A DNA stretch of 64,000 nucleotides from Lama glama (lineage: Eukaryota), in contig CM052818.1 of the NCBI GenBank assembly GCA_028534125.1, positions 8,806,001-8,870,000 of the forward strand, in the 5' to 3' direction. A model generated the notes under the pieces. The model did not search any database. It saw only the letters and a list, made by a program, of their open reading frames with translations, and was not told the DNA's origin. The position numbers and the translations under genes are program-made. This document shows positions 26,996 to 37,950 of this stretch, piece after piece. Each line of letters starts with the position of its first letter. Position 1 is the stretch's first letter.

Positions 26996-27254
26996 GCCAC
27001 TAAGGAGAGGAATACATTTGAAAATCAAAATGGAATAACTATAGTTCAGACATCCAAGGTAGAACTAAGTAACCAGTGTAGACGTGATTTCAGACAAGTT
27101 TCTGTATTGCTGAGAACTTGAGTTTTCTGGGCGATGTCAAACTTGAGATGCCACCAGCCATTCTCAAAGCAGTGTCTGCTGGCAACTTGTAGCTGCAGCC
27201 TTATGGGCTCAAGTTCTCCTCTTGCAGTTATTGAGATTCTAGATTCATACTGCC

Positions 27255-27683
27255 CGTTGTACTTTCCTACCAGATGAATCCAGGAACATCATAACTGCCC
27301 TAGAGAACACGAAGCATCAAATACATAATGTAGGGGATTCAGATGCATACGTGTGAGAAGTTACATTTCAATTTAACACCTGGTTTTCTGGCCTCTTTTC
27401 GTGGATACCTCAAAGTCTCAAATCCATTCTTATGGGAATTCTACAGGTTCTGTTATCACTTCTGGTAACAAAAGCTTATATATATATAAAATTTATACTA
27501 ACTGTTTCCTGTTGTCTAACGTGTGGGAAACAAGCAGCTAAGGCTCCTTCTGAACCCCCAGCCACATGGCAAGATCAGGGTCACTTGTTCCATTTCAAGG
27601 GCCCCCAAAGGACACCCCCATTCAGCAGGAAGCAGCCAGATGAACACGACGCCCATCTCCCTATTTCCATAAAAATGGAATGA
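27255..27683 (+). pseudogene. ERV env transmembrane-subunit C-terminal remnant
   Basis: In frame with ORF 27432-27683: (R)CTFLPDESRNIITALENTKHQI...*...FNTWFSGLFSWIPQSLKSILMGILQVLLSLLV... This shows the end of the CX6CC motif, a hydrophobic TM segment and a tail, with one internal stop, followed by a PPT-like stretch and an LTR. Confidence 0.75.
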
Positions 27684-27705
27684 GAGAAACTGACCGTGGG
27701 GATTT

Positions 27706-28301
27706 TGAAGGAACATTAATAAAATGGCCTCACTCAGGCTAACAGACTGCTTATTCTTATGCTTGCCCTTAAAATGGTCAACTGACCTGACTGACCGGTT
27801 GCTACTCACAGGTCCAGGCCCATTGTTAAAACTAAAGCTTTTGATCTTACTGTTTCTACTTTATTCCAGTAATCAAAAGCTATAATCATGCTTGGTCTCT
27901 GAGCTGATCTCCAGAGAGAAGGTCACAGGACTTTAACCTTACAAAATAGCCTGAATTACCAAGAAGACCACATCTTGAGTGCTTATGAGATAAAGACATC
28001 TATCTAACCACTGGCCTCTGTAGAACTGGCAGCCTGGAGACATCATGATGCCATTTTGTCTTCCAATGAGAAGATGATTCTGTTGCTTGTTACTGTTTGT
28101 TCTGTTGATGCTTTATTGTTTGAACTATGGCTATATAACCACCCCACCCCCAAGGTGGGTTCACAGTTTTGAAGGCACTAGCGTGCTGTGAGTCCCCATT
28201 GCCCGGCGAAGCAATAAAATTGCCTCTTTTCTTCTAAGCTCCAAGACCTTGTCTCTGGGTTATTTGGCTCCTCAAGGATGGGGGCCGATCTTTCGGCAGC
28301 A
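27706..28301 (+). mobile_element. ERV1 LTR (3' LTR following env), same family as 384-953
   Basis: TGAAGG...GCAGCA; clear homology to 384-953; no TSD, as expected for a 3' LTR whose partner is absent. Confidence 0.9.
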
Positions 28302-28756
28302 AATGTGACTGAATAGCTGCAATCTCATGATAAAATTTTTAAAATATGACAGGTTGCTTCTTATAAATGAGCAAACAAAGTGGTTTCTTGATATGTAAGC
28401 TACTCCTGGTGAAGGTGCTGTGAAGACTGTTGAAATGACAGACAATAAAGGATCAAGAATAGTACATAAACAGCAGTAGGGTCTGAGAGGATTGATTCCA
28501 ATTTTGAAAGAAGTTCCACTGTGAATAAAATGTGATCAAACAGCACTGCATGCTACAGAGAAGTGGTTTGTGAAGAGTCAATCAATGTGGCAAAATTTCT
28601 TGTCTTATTTTAAGAAATTGCCACAGCCATCCCAACCTTCAGCAACCACCACCCTGATCAGTCAGTAGCCACCAATACTGAGGCAAGAGCTTCCACCAAA
28701 AAAAAGATTATGACTTGCTGAAGGCTCAGATGACAGCATTTTTTAGCAATAAAGGC
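28302..28756 (+). mobile_element. Tigger1 transposase 3' fragment
   Basis: atgtgactgaatagctgcaatctcatgataaaa...aagaaattgccacagccatcccaaccttcagcaaccaccaccctgatcagtcag...gctgaaggctcagatga. Confidence 0.9.
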
Positions 28757-28897
28757 TTTTTTGGGGGAAAGGGGGTAAACTAGATTGATTGATTGATTGA
28801 TTGATTGATTTTTTAAGTGGCAGTACTGGGGGTTGAAGCTAGAACCTCATGGATGCTAAGCACACACTCTACCTACCACTGAGCTATACCCTCCCCC
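28757..28897 (-). mobile_element. tRNA-derived SINE (Vic-1-like) with (GATT)n tail and no TSD
   Basis: ccactgagctataccctccccc head; flanks do not match each other. Confidence 0.85.
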
Positions 28898-29119
28898 TGG
28901 CAGCTTATATTTTAAAAAGATCTCCTTCCCCCTTTTATTTTTTCCTTCAGTCTCAGGCGATTGAGGGCTGTATTTGCTCTTCAAAGACATGATAAAATTT
29001 ACAACTTTAAGGGACAAAGAATGTAAATTTTCTCCTAGAGGTTTTGGGTATACTTCTCTATCATCAGACGTTTAGAAGAGCATTTACTATTTAAAATTGT
29101 CATTCCTTCTGTTAAGCGC

Positions 29120-29164
29120 AGGAAAATTGTACTTCCAATGTCCTGATTGTTTACAATATCTCCA
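29120..29164 (-). pseudogene. gag nucleocapsid zinc-knuckle remnant of the provirus
   Basis: Minus strand reads WRYCKQSGHWKYNFP, a decayed Cx2Cx4Hx4C knuckle. Confidence 0.75.
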
Positions 29165-31002
29165 AATATTTGAAGGCAATTAGGAAGGGGTTGAGTGGAT
29201 TTTGAGTTGCTTTTAGAGTTAAAGTTTTGTTTTTCTAAGAAGTCAAGTTGTAAATTAAGAACTGTTGATTTTAATTCTTTTCCTCATCTGCATTCCTGTG
29301 AGCTACCTTCAAAGAATTGGGTAGACTTTTCCATTATAACGTTTAGAGGTTGATTTGCCCACTCAACCACACTATTCTGAATTAGCCTTTTTATATCAGG
29401 GAGAAATTTTCCAACTATATGGAAATCAAAAGATTTCTGTGTTCTGTGGTCCAGGAGACAAATTCTCTGGTTGGAAATCTAGGCTACAGCTGCAGAGGAC
29501 ACTACATGGAAGGGCCTGAAGCTGGCAAGGCCTGGTTATGAGGCCCAGCAAAATGAGACTTACTGTCCATCCCAGACACTTCTGCTACATTTATTTCCTG
29601 GCTTTTAGCATTTATATGAGTTACTTGTAAACCCTGGGCCTAGAGATTAGGCTGGAGTGTTCTCTGTAAATCTTGCAGGGAAAGGGGAATTAAAACAAGC
29701 AGCTGAGTGTTGAGGGGATTTTCTGGGGAAGGTGGAGGTATTTGGGAGTTAAGGGAATTTGCTGAGGAGATGGGGCCAGATTTTTAAGGAGAATTTATGT
29801 TGAATAGAGAGTTAATGTTTTCCTAAGTTTAATTTCTATTCTTTTTACCATGTTAGGGAAGTCCTTCAGCTAGGTGTTATATTTCTTTGTATCCACTTTT
29901 TCATCTTTTTAAAAAAACAGGTGCAAATAAGACAATTGTTTAAGATGAGAGCTGTCCAAAAATTTTTTTTCAAATATAGAAGCTTTTCCACTTTGAAAGA
30001 TTCGTCAGCTGGCCATCAACGAGTAGGATCTATTAACCTCAATAGCGACTCAAACTGATAAGCCTTTTTATAGTTTACTCAGGAATGCAAGAGACTTCCA
30101 CAAAAGGCTGCAAGAGATGCAGCCCCCACAAGATCCAGAAAGTTCACTCCCAAATGGCCTAAGAAAGTAAAGGACTTTTTTGCACAGGTGGTAAGGATAA
30201 GGTAGTGAAAACGGTGTCTCTGGTCTCTCATGGGAACGGAAGACACCTCCAGCAACAGACCCACTACTCTGTAACACCAGGAAGGCACTCCTGGAATGGG
30301 ACTTTTCCAGCACTAACAAAGCAACGAAGGGTGAGACAACAAAGGCCCCATGGACTGGGACCCTTTATGCTAGCATGGCTGGTTCAGAACCCCAGTCTAT
30401 TCAACTGGTCGCCAAGGGGCACCCCAGTGAGTGTACCTTTTGAATGGCAAAGACCAGGCAGAATATTCTCACTGGTCACAAAGCCAAGCTCTCAGAACAT
30501 AAGACGAGCCAAAAGGAAAAACCTCACCTTGTTTTTACACAGGGGACCCGCAGCATGGCTTGTCTAAATAGACACCAGTCTGGTGAGAAGCATGAATTCA
30601 CCAGTGTGTGAGGCGGCTCGAGCAGCAGGCTTCCGGGCCTATGCCTACATTCTGCCCTGGGGCTTTTCCTCCTTATAACACACAACACAGAAGAGACAAA
30701 GAAAAACGGTGACCACCTCCGGGAGGAAAAGGATCAATCAAACTAAGAGTACTCATTCACCAAATCTTTACCAGAGCCACGTGCTATATCCAAGGAATTA
30801 ATTCCACAAATATTTTCTCCTGCTAATCTAAATTTAGAACAGGAGAAAAAGGACTCTCACCGCTTACACTTCCATCAGAACTCAAGGACAGAGATCCGGG
30901 AGGCTAAGGCAGTAAGATGTCTTACCCTGTGCCAGCTTTTTGTCAGAGGTCCCAGGTCTCTTGATCTGCAACAGTCCCAGAAGCAAGCAGGATCCAAGCA
31001 CT

Positions 31003-31020
31003 ACCCATCCAACTAAGCCA
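31003..31020 (-). other. Primer-binding site, tRNA-Ser-like
   Basis: Minus strand TGGCTTAGTTGGATGGGT, 4 nt after the 5' LTR; 13/18 match to the tRNA-Ser PBS TGGCGTAGTCGGCAGGAT. Confidence 0.65.
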
Positions 31021-31024
31021 AAAC

Positions 31025-31518
31025 TGTCAGGGAGAGGAGTATTTCCCCCACCCACCTGGATTCTTTTGGCTGGTCTAATAATTAAATTGACACAGGCCGA
31101 CCAACAGGAGGGGGAAAATATCCAAATTTAACTTTGTGATTTTGTACGTACAGAGGTCTCATAACTAAGAAGTAACCAAAGCAGGCTCTTTATATACTTT
31201 TTAGACAAAGAAACAATAAATCTGTGAAGACCTGACAAGACAAAGAAACTTAGGTTTATGTACTAATTAGTGAAGAAACGAAGTGAAGTCTGTTTACAAT
31301 GCTTCGGGGCCCTGAACTCCCTACCCCTGATAAGGATGTCTCTCCACCTCCCAGGGCAGGGAGGATACGTTTCGCGTGGGAGATTTATTTTCTGCTTTCA
31401 AGGAGACAGAGGAAGGTCAGAGCATCCTCCTCACACCGGCTGTTTCTCAAGTAACTTTCATTCACAATAATCAATACACCAAAGCAGCATGTTTTGAAGT
31501 GGGCCCTGAGCCCCATCA
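31025..31518 (-). repeat. 5' LTR of the provirus
   Basis: TG...CA ends, followed by the TSD CCTA; PBS adjacent. Confidence 0.9.
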
Positions 31519-32129
31519 CCTACAAAGGCAGAGCCCCCATGTTTGAACTGTTGGTAAAGCCCCCTCAACTGCCATCCTATGGGGAAAGCCCAAGGAAGTA
31601 GAATTGTCAGAGAGAGAAAGGGTGAGAGGCAGTGTTTAAAGTTGGAAACCAGTGCCCCCAGATTTCCCTTCATTTACCCAGCATTTCCTGGATGTGTGCT
31701 GCCTGGTTTCTTTGTGTGTTTTTTTTGTTTTGTTTTGTTTTGTTTTTGAGTCCACCCTTGACATTTCCTGAGGGCCCCTTCCACCCAAAGCACAGCGTCC
31801 TCAGGGCCGGCCCACCCCTCCTCTCAGCTCTCCCAGGTTTCTCCTTTCCTGGCATCATTTCCCAGCTTCCTGGGCTAAGCCCCTCCCACCCTGCTGTGCC
31901 CAGAGACCCCCTGCCCTCCGCAGGGGCCTTCCCAGCTCGGCCCAGCTGTGGGGCGGGGAGGACAGGTGTGCCAACGCCAGGCTGAGAAACGGGACGAAGT
32001 ACGAGATTTCCGGGAGTGCTAAGAATCCAGCATACACCGAAAAAGGAGTTTACATTGTCTAGTTTAACGTAAACCATATCGTAAGCGTTGAGGGTGTTGT
32101 AAACAGTGAGACTAGGAGTCTGGTTTGGG

Positions 32130-32345
32130 TGAAAAGAGCACGGGATTTAGATTCAGAGATTTACACCCAAACTCCTCCCTTTCTGGCTGCGTGACGTGGG
32201 GCTGAGCTGCTTAGGCTCTTTAGCCCTCAGCTCCCGCATCTATCAAAAGGGAGTTATTATTCCCATTTTTGGGTTGTATGAGGATTAAATGGGATAACCT
32301 ATGCTTTAAAACCTGCTTTGTGGGCATTAAAGCGTTACACAAATA
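32130..32345 (+). mobile_element. MIR SINE
   Basis: gtgaaaagagcacggga...gggttgtatgaggattaaatgggataa. Confidence 0.65.
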
Positions 32346-33090
32346 CTTATGCCTGGGAGGGAAGAAAAGGGAGTATTCTGTTTAGTGTAGTGTTTTTCAA
32401 AAAGCAGGTTGTGAGTCATCAGCAAGTCATGAAAAAAAATTAGTGGGTCCTGACCAACATTCAAGCAATTTAATAGAAAAAAATATGTATAACAAAAAAT
32501 TTATCAGAATAGAAGACATCAACGTGTATCCCAAGTAATAAGCATAGGTATTGTGTTTTTTTTATCTAAGCTATGCGTGTGGGTGTGTATAAGTATGTGT
32601 GTTGGGATGTCAAGTCTATGTCTATTCCAGAACAACACACATAGTAGCACTTTATTTCCGTGGTAAATCATGGAACCAGAAATAAAGGAGCTGTGTGTGC
32701 TTTGTTGTTGTTTTTTTAACAGCAGCACTTCCACATTCCATGAGTGGGAGAAGAATTCATCTTGGGAAAGAATCAATCTCATCTTCTGTTTGGGAAACAC
32801 TTTAATGGGCCCTTTGGTTATGCAAAGGTAGGGCCCTGAATCCAGGTTGAAGTGAACCATGGCTAAACTATTCTCCATCTTAAAGTCAATGTTCAAGAGT
32901 TTCTTTTTCCTTTGCTGGTCCTAGAAGCAACAATTTGGGGCCTGGGGTCTCAGGGAAGAGAGGGTTTGGTCTGGGCGCAAAAGAAACCCTGGATAAAGGA
33001 CTCAACAACACGGTGTGACCAGGGGATTTGGGGGCTCTCTGTACTGAGTAGCAGGTGGAGTTCTCCTCGCCTGTGTGGTTAAGCCCTTAC

Positions 33091-33159
33091 CAGGGGTGAC
33101 TAAGTGTCCTAACCTGGTTCTCTCCAGACAGCTCTGCCTCAGGAATGATGGGCAGGTCC
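33091..33159 (-). CDS. Candidate exon with two alternative donors (46 or 69 nt)
   Basis: Acceptor cactttgctcccgaacag; donors CAG|gttagg (exon 33114-33159) and CTG|gtaagg. Reads DLPIIPEAELSGENQ(VRTLSHP). Confidence 0.25.
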
Positions 33160-33581
33160 CTGTTCGGGAGCAAAGTGCCTCAGAGGGAGTAGGCAGTGCA
33201 TAGCGCTTGGGCCGGGGGAAGCTAGGAGGGCCCGGGAGAAGTCAGAGCAGTGCAGAGTAGGAAAACACAGACCACAAGTGTGGACACGCATCCAAGGATC
33301 CTTAGCAATATTTGGGAGGGTACTGTTATTCCTCCGGCCTCAGAGCATGAGCTATTTTCTTTGAATATTTAAGTAAAAGGTAATTCTGGAAGGCTGGAAA
33401 ATGTGGAAACACCAACCAGGTTAAGGGTCACAGACGCTCAAACACAGTTGAAAATTTAAAAGGTACTGACCTTTCGCTTCAAGCAAGGCTCAGCTCATGG
33501 TGAAGGGTCGTGACCTTCCCCACTGCTAGTTATTATGGTTATAAACACCATCTCCTACCACAGGGCACAGGCTCATGACCC

Positions 33582-34982
33582 TGGTAGGCAGAATAATGGC
33601 CCCTCCAAAGACGCCTGCATCCCAGTCCCCAGAACCTGTGAGTGTGTTGATGTCTGCAGCAAGAGGAATTAAGGTCTCAGGTGAAATTAAGATTGCTAGT
33701 CAGCCAACTTTAAACTGGGGAGAGTATCCTGGATTATCCAGGTGGGCCCAATGCAATTATAAGACCTCTTAAAAAGATGGATGAGGGAGGCAGACAAGTG
33801 AGTCTTAAAGTGATATGACTTGAAAAAATGCAACCAGCCACTGCTAGCATTGAAGATGGAAGGTGGCCATGAGTCAAGGAATTCAGGCAGCCTCTAGAAG
33901 ATGCAAAAGGCAAGAAAACCTATTCTTTCCTGGAATCTCCAGAAAGGAATGCTGATACCTGGATTTTATCCCAATGAGGTTCTGCTTTCCAGACCTGCTA
34001 GATAGTACATTTGTTTTGCTTTGGTTTTTAAGATTATTTTTTTAGAATGGTTTTAGGTTCACAGCAAAACTGACAGAAAGTACAAGGAGTTCCCATAGAC
34101 TCCCCGCCCTCACACAGGAATGTCCTCTCCTATTACCAACTTCCTCCAGCAGAGAAGTGCATTTGTTACAACTAAAGAACCTACTGACACATCCTCATCA
34201 CCCCAAGTCCGTAGCTCATATTAGGCTTCACTCTTGGTGTTGAACATTCTGTGGGTTTTGACAAATGTATAACGACGTGCATCATCACTACAGTAACACA
34301 CAGAGTGTTCTCACTGCCCTAAAGATCCTCTTGCTCTGCCTGTTCACCCCCTTGCCCAGCCTCTGACAACCACTTATCTTTTTACTGTCTCCATAGTTTT
34401 GCCTTTTCCAGAATGTCATATATGTGGAATTAATGTATGTAGCCCTTTCTGATTGGCTTCTTTCACTTAAAAATATGCATTTAAGGTCCCTCCCTTGCTT
34501 TTCATGGCTGGATAGCTCATTTCTTTTTAGCATTTAATAATCTTCCCTTGTTTGGATGTATCATATTTTATTTATCCATTCATCTACTGAGGACATCTAG
34601 GTTGCTTCCAAGTTCGGGCAATTATGAATAAAGCTGCTATAAACATCTGTGTGCAGGTTTTTGTGTGGACATAAATTTTCAACTCCTTTGGGAGAAAGTA
34701 TGACTGCTGGACTGTATGATAAGGGTACATTTAGTTTCATAAGAAACTGCCAAACTGTCTTCCAAAGTGGCTGTACCATTTTGCATTCCCACCAGCAGTG
34801 GATGAGAGTTCCTGTTTCTCCACATCCTCACCAGCATTGGGTGTTGTCAGTGTTTCAGATTCTGGCCATTCTAATAGGTGTGTAGTGGTATCTCATTGTT
34901 TAACTCATTGTTTTAATCAATGTGTTGTTTTAAGCCACAAAATTTGTGGTAAGTTGTTCTAACAGCAATAGAAAACTAACAC
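33582..34982 (+). mobile_element. MLT1D-like MaLR LTR split by an L1
   Basis: tggtaggcagaataatggcccctccaaag...tatcctggattatccaggtgggcccaatg; resumes at ~34920 with tgtgttgttttaagccac...gcaatagaaaactaacac. Confidence 0.8.
34025..34915 (-). mobile_element. L1MC-like 3' end
   Basis: ttttaggttcacagcaaaactga...ccaaagtggctgtaccattttgcattcccaccagcag. Confidence 0.85.
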
Positions 34983-36439
34983 GATGACATTGTATAAGGA
35001 AGTGACAAGGGACCAGGAGTTAAGAGGCCCGCTGCAGTGCTGCCACCAGCTCACTGTGTTTCCTTCAGTAGGTTATCTTCCTTTTCTGGACTTCAGACAC
35101 CTTGAGACTTAACTAGGAGCAATAATTCCTGCCCTCGCTACAGCAGGAAATAGTGAGTCAGTTGGGGGTATGATGGTTGTGGTAGCAGTAACATGGGGAG
35201 CTGCCAGTGAAGAATGCTGACAAGGCCAAGGGATTGGCTTTGTGGCTACATCAGTATTGGTGCTTTTGGTGAGTTCATCCTCTTGGGGAGGCCATAAGCC
35301 CAATCATGACTTAGCCCATGATGACTCAGCGCCTGCCTAGAGGAGCAAGCAGGGGCAGGCCTGGGGAGCGCAGGCAAGGCATGAGTCAGGCACAGCATGC
35401 ACACGGATGAGGCTGGGCAAGGCCTTCACCTAGACTTCCTTGCTAGAGTAGGAACCGCTCGAGGGCAAGACCTTGCCGGTATCCAAATTTGGTACAACTT
35501 GAATTCCTGGCAGACCAGGCTTACTCACTGGAAATATTTAAGGCTCAGCAGGACTTAAGCCAGACACAGACTCCTAGGAAACGTCATTTAATAATAATGG
35601 CCAGGTATTCTCCACTCATGGTCTCGAATCCTCCCAAGAAGCATGCATTGGTGCTCACCTCTGACAGAGGGGTGAACAGGTTCCAGAATGGGCACAAGGG
35701 CATGCCGTCATTAGGAGGCAGAGCCAGATGTTAGCACAGATCTGCTTGGCCACCAAGTACCCCGCCCCTTGTGAACCTAGCTGGAGGAGAGCATGGGTAT
35801 CAATGAGTCCTGCCCCTCATTTCACAAAGGAAGAAGAGAAATGACTTGTCCAAGTTTCCTCAGCTACTCGGAGCCAGCCAGGGCTGGGACTCAGTTCTTC
35901 ATCCTGGTCTATTACTCTTTCCATGAATTTTGGGGGTCACAGACCTCTTTGGGAAGCTAGCACAAACCATGGATCCTTCTTTGCCCCATATGAATATCTA
36001 TACTGATTTATTTTGCCTACATTTTGGGGTGAGTTTGTGAACCAGTCCCCTCTACCCATGGACCCCAAGTTAAGAGCCCCTGTATTATTCCCTCTGCTTC
36101 TTTTGAGTGCCGGGCTGTCATTGGGGTGGGATCTCTAGGGTGCCTATGTGTTAACCACCCTTGTAAAAGAGCAGCTTGATTTTCCCTGTAAGTCATACAC
36201 CACCACCCCTCTTCTTTCACCAGCCTTTATTTTCTGTAACAGCTTCATTGAAATATGATTCACATACTACAACAAGCTCTTCTGCCATTTCTGCCTCCTC
36301 TACGATTCTAGAAAATGAGGATTATTGTATAACTCCTTGCATCATCGAATTGCTAAGAAAACCTGTAAGGTCATTTATGTCTGGTAATCATTAGTGCTTT
36401 TGTCATTTCAGTTTTATCCCCTTCTAGGTACATCTTAGT

Positions 36440-36772
36440 ATTATACTTCTTGGTATCCTTGTGGCCAGTTCCAGTCAATGATTTTCTTTGGCTAATGAAT
36501 TTGGAGCAGAAGTGATACATGTCTTTTGGGGACCAAATGTTTAATTTCTGACACCTGCTGTGACATTGCGGTGATCACTCACAATGTTTTGAATAGTGGC
36601 TGCTCCAGTGCCCTGGGTCTTAGAGTGAGGAGGCAAAAAGCAAGGGAACAGAGATCCTAATGTGTCTGTCATAAACACGTACTATGAGTGAGAAATGAAC
36701 CTTCGTTGTTTTAAGGTACAGGGATTTTTTAAATATTTTTTGCAGCATAACCCACTCTATCCTGACTGATAA
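36440..36772 (+). mobile_element. Old MaLR LTR (MLT1J/K-like)
   Basis: ttctttggctaatgaatttggagcagaagtgat...gcagcataacccactctatcctgactgata. Confidence 0.6.
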
Positions 36773-37419
36773 AATACATAGATGTGCTTTAAAAGCTACC
36801 AGACACTTACAAGTATAAGGGATGTTTATTACCCCCATTTGTACTCACTCTGCCGCTTTTCCTGACACTGCCAAAGTCTTCACATTGGGACAATGTAAAC
36901 TCTGTCTCAGTGCACGACTGCTCCTCAATGTCCTAGTGACCTGCCGTAGGAATGACCAGAGGGCCGTGGTTCCCAGAGTGCAGCTAAAGGGGAGACATTT
37001 TGGACTACTTTGGGGGAGGGCAGCTGTACCAACGAGTCACTAAAGAAACATCCTTTGATTTGAAGAACACTAGGGTGATTTCCTCCTACAAAGATAGACC
37101 AAAAAGGAGTCTGCGGTAGCTGTGCTCCTCATTTGACCTGGTTTCTCCCCGGTAAACTCAGCCAAGCCACTCTTGGTGCTGTCAGTAGCCTGGCAAAAGT
37201 TAAAAGTGGTCATCCTATCGAAGTATTTGAGATGCTGTACTAAAGAACCAAAACGACCAATCATAAGAAATAGAGTGAGACAGAAAAATAAGTTGTGGGG
37301 TTGAACGGATCTCTTAGGTTCAGATCTTAATTTAGCCACTTACCAGCTGTATAATCTTGGGCGTGTTACATAGCCCATCAAAGCCTTGATTTCCTGGTCT
37401 GCAAAGATGCCCTCCACCC

Positions 37420-37950
37420 TACAGTGAACCTTTTCTCACAGCATCCACATTCTCCTGTGGTTCCCTCCCTCACTGAAATGGCCTGCATGTAGTGACTAAC
37501 AGGACGCAGCAGAAGTGATGCTGGTCACAGGCTGCTCTCTGGGTATTTCCTCTCACAGCCACCGCTTCCCCACAGCTGGGGAGGGTCATCAGAAGCCCTG
37601 GTCTCTCGGAACCCTAGCTCTGGGGAAGCCAGTGGTCGTGTGAAAAATCCAACTACCTCATACTCTGAAGCTGGGAGACAGCCCAACAGGGGGAGACTAT
37701 GTGAAGACAGAGATGCTCAGCCAGCCTCCAGCTGTTCCTGTCGTTTCAGCAAAGGCATCAGACACGTGAGCGAAGAAGCCACCTTAGACATCCAGCCCCA
37801 GCCGCCCTCTGACCACAACTACATGTGCGAGTCCAAGAGAGACCCAGCCGGTCGAACCCAGCCAACCAACACAAGCATAGGCACATGATGATACATAGTT
37901 GTTTTAATCGATCAGATCTGGGGGTAACTGTTATAGATGACCAGAACGTC
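37420..37950 (+). mobile_element. Old MaLR LTR (MLT1F/G-like)
   Basis: catcagacacgtgagcgaagaagccaccttagacatccagccc...ggggtaactgttatagatgaccagaac. Confidence 0.6.

Larger units (their letters stand above)
19558..31518 (-). mobile_element. Degenerate ERV1 (MER4-group-like) provirus with two LTRs
   Basis: Direct-repeat LTRs 19558-20053 and 31025-31518; 4-bp TSD CCTA at 19554-19557 and 31519-31522; PBS, PPT and gag knuckle all on the minus strand. Confidence 0.9.

Noticed and set aside
27432..27683. 83-aa hydrophobic ORF as a domesticated env (syncytin-like) gene
   Set aside because: Only the TM C-terminus is present, with an upstream in-frame stop and no signal peptide, SU or fusion peptide.
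384..28301. The two same-family LTRs as ends of one 28-kb provirus
   Set aside because: The first LTR has its own CTAC TSD on both sides, there is no PBS after it, and the interval is ordinary host DNA.
32650..32690. CTTTATTTC...GAAATAAAG hairpin as a miRNA or structured RNA
   Set aside because: Short AT-rich stem with a poorly paired interior, expected by chance.
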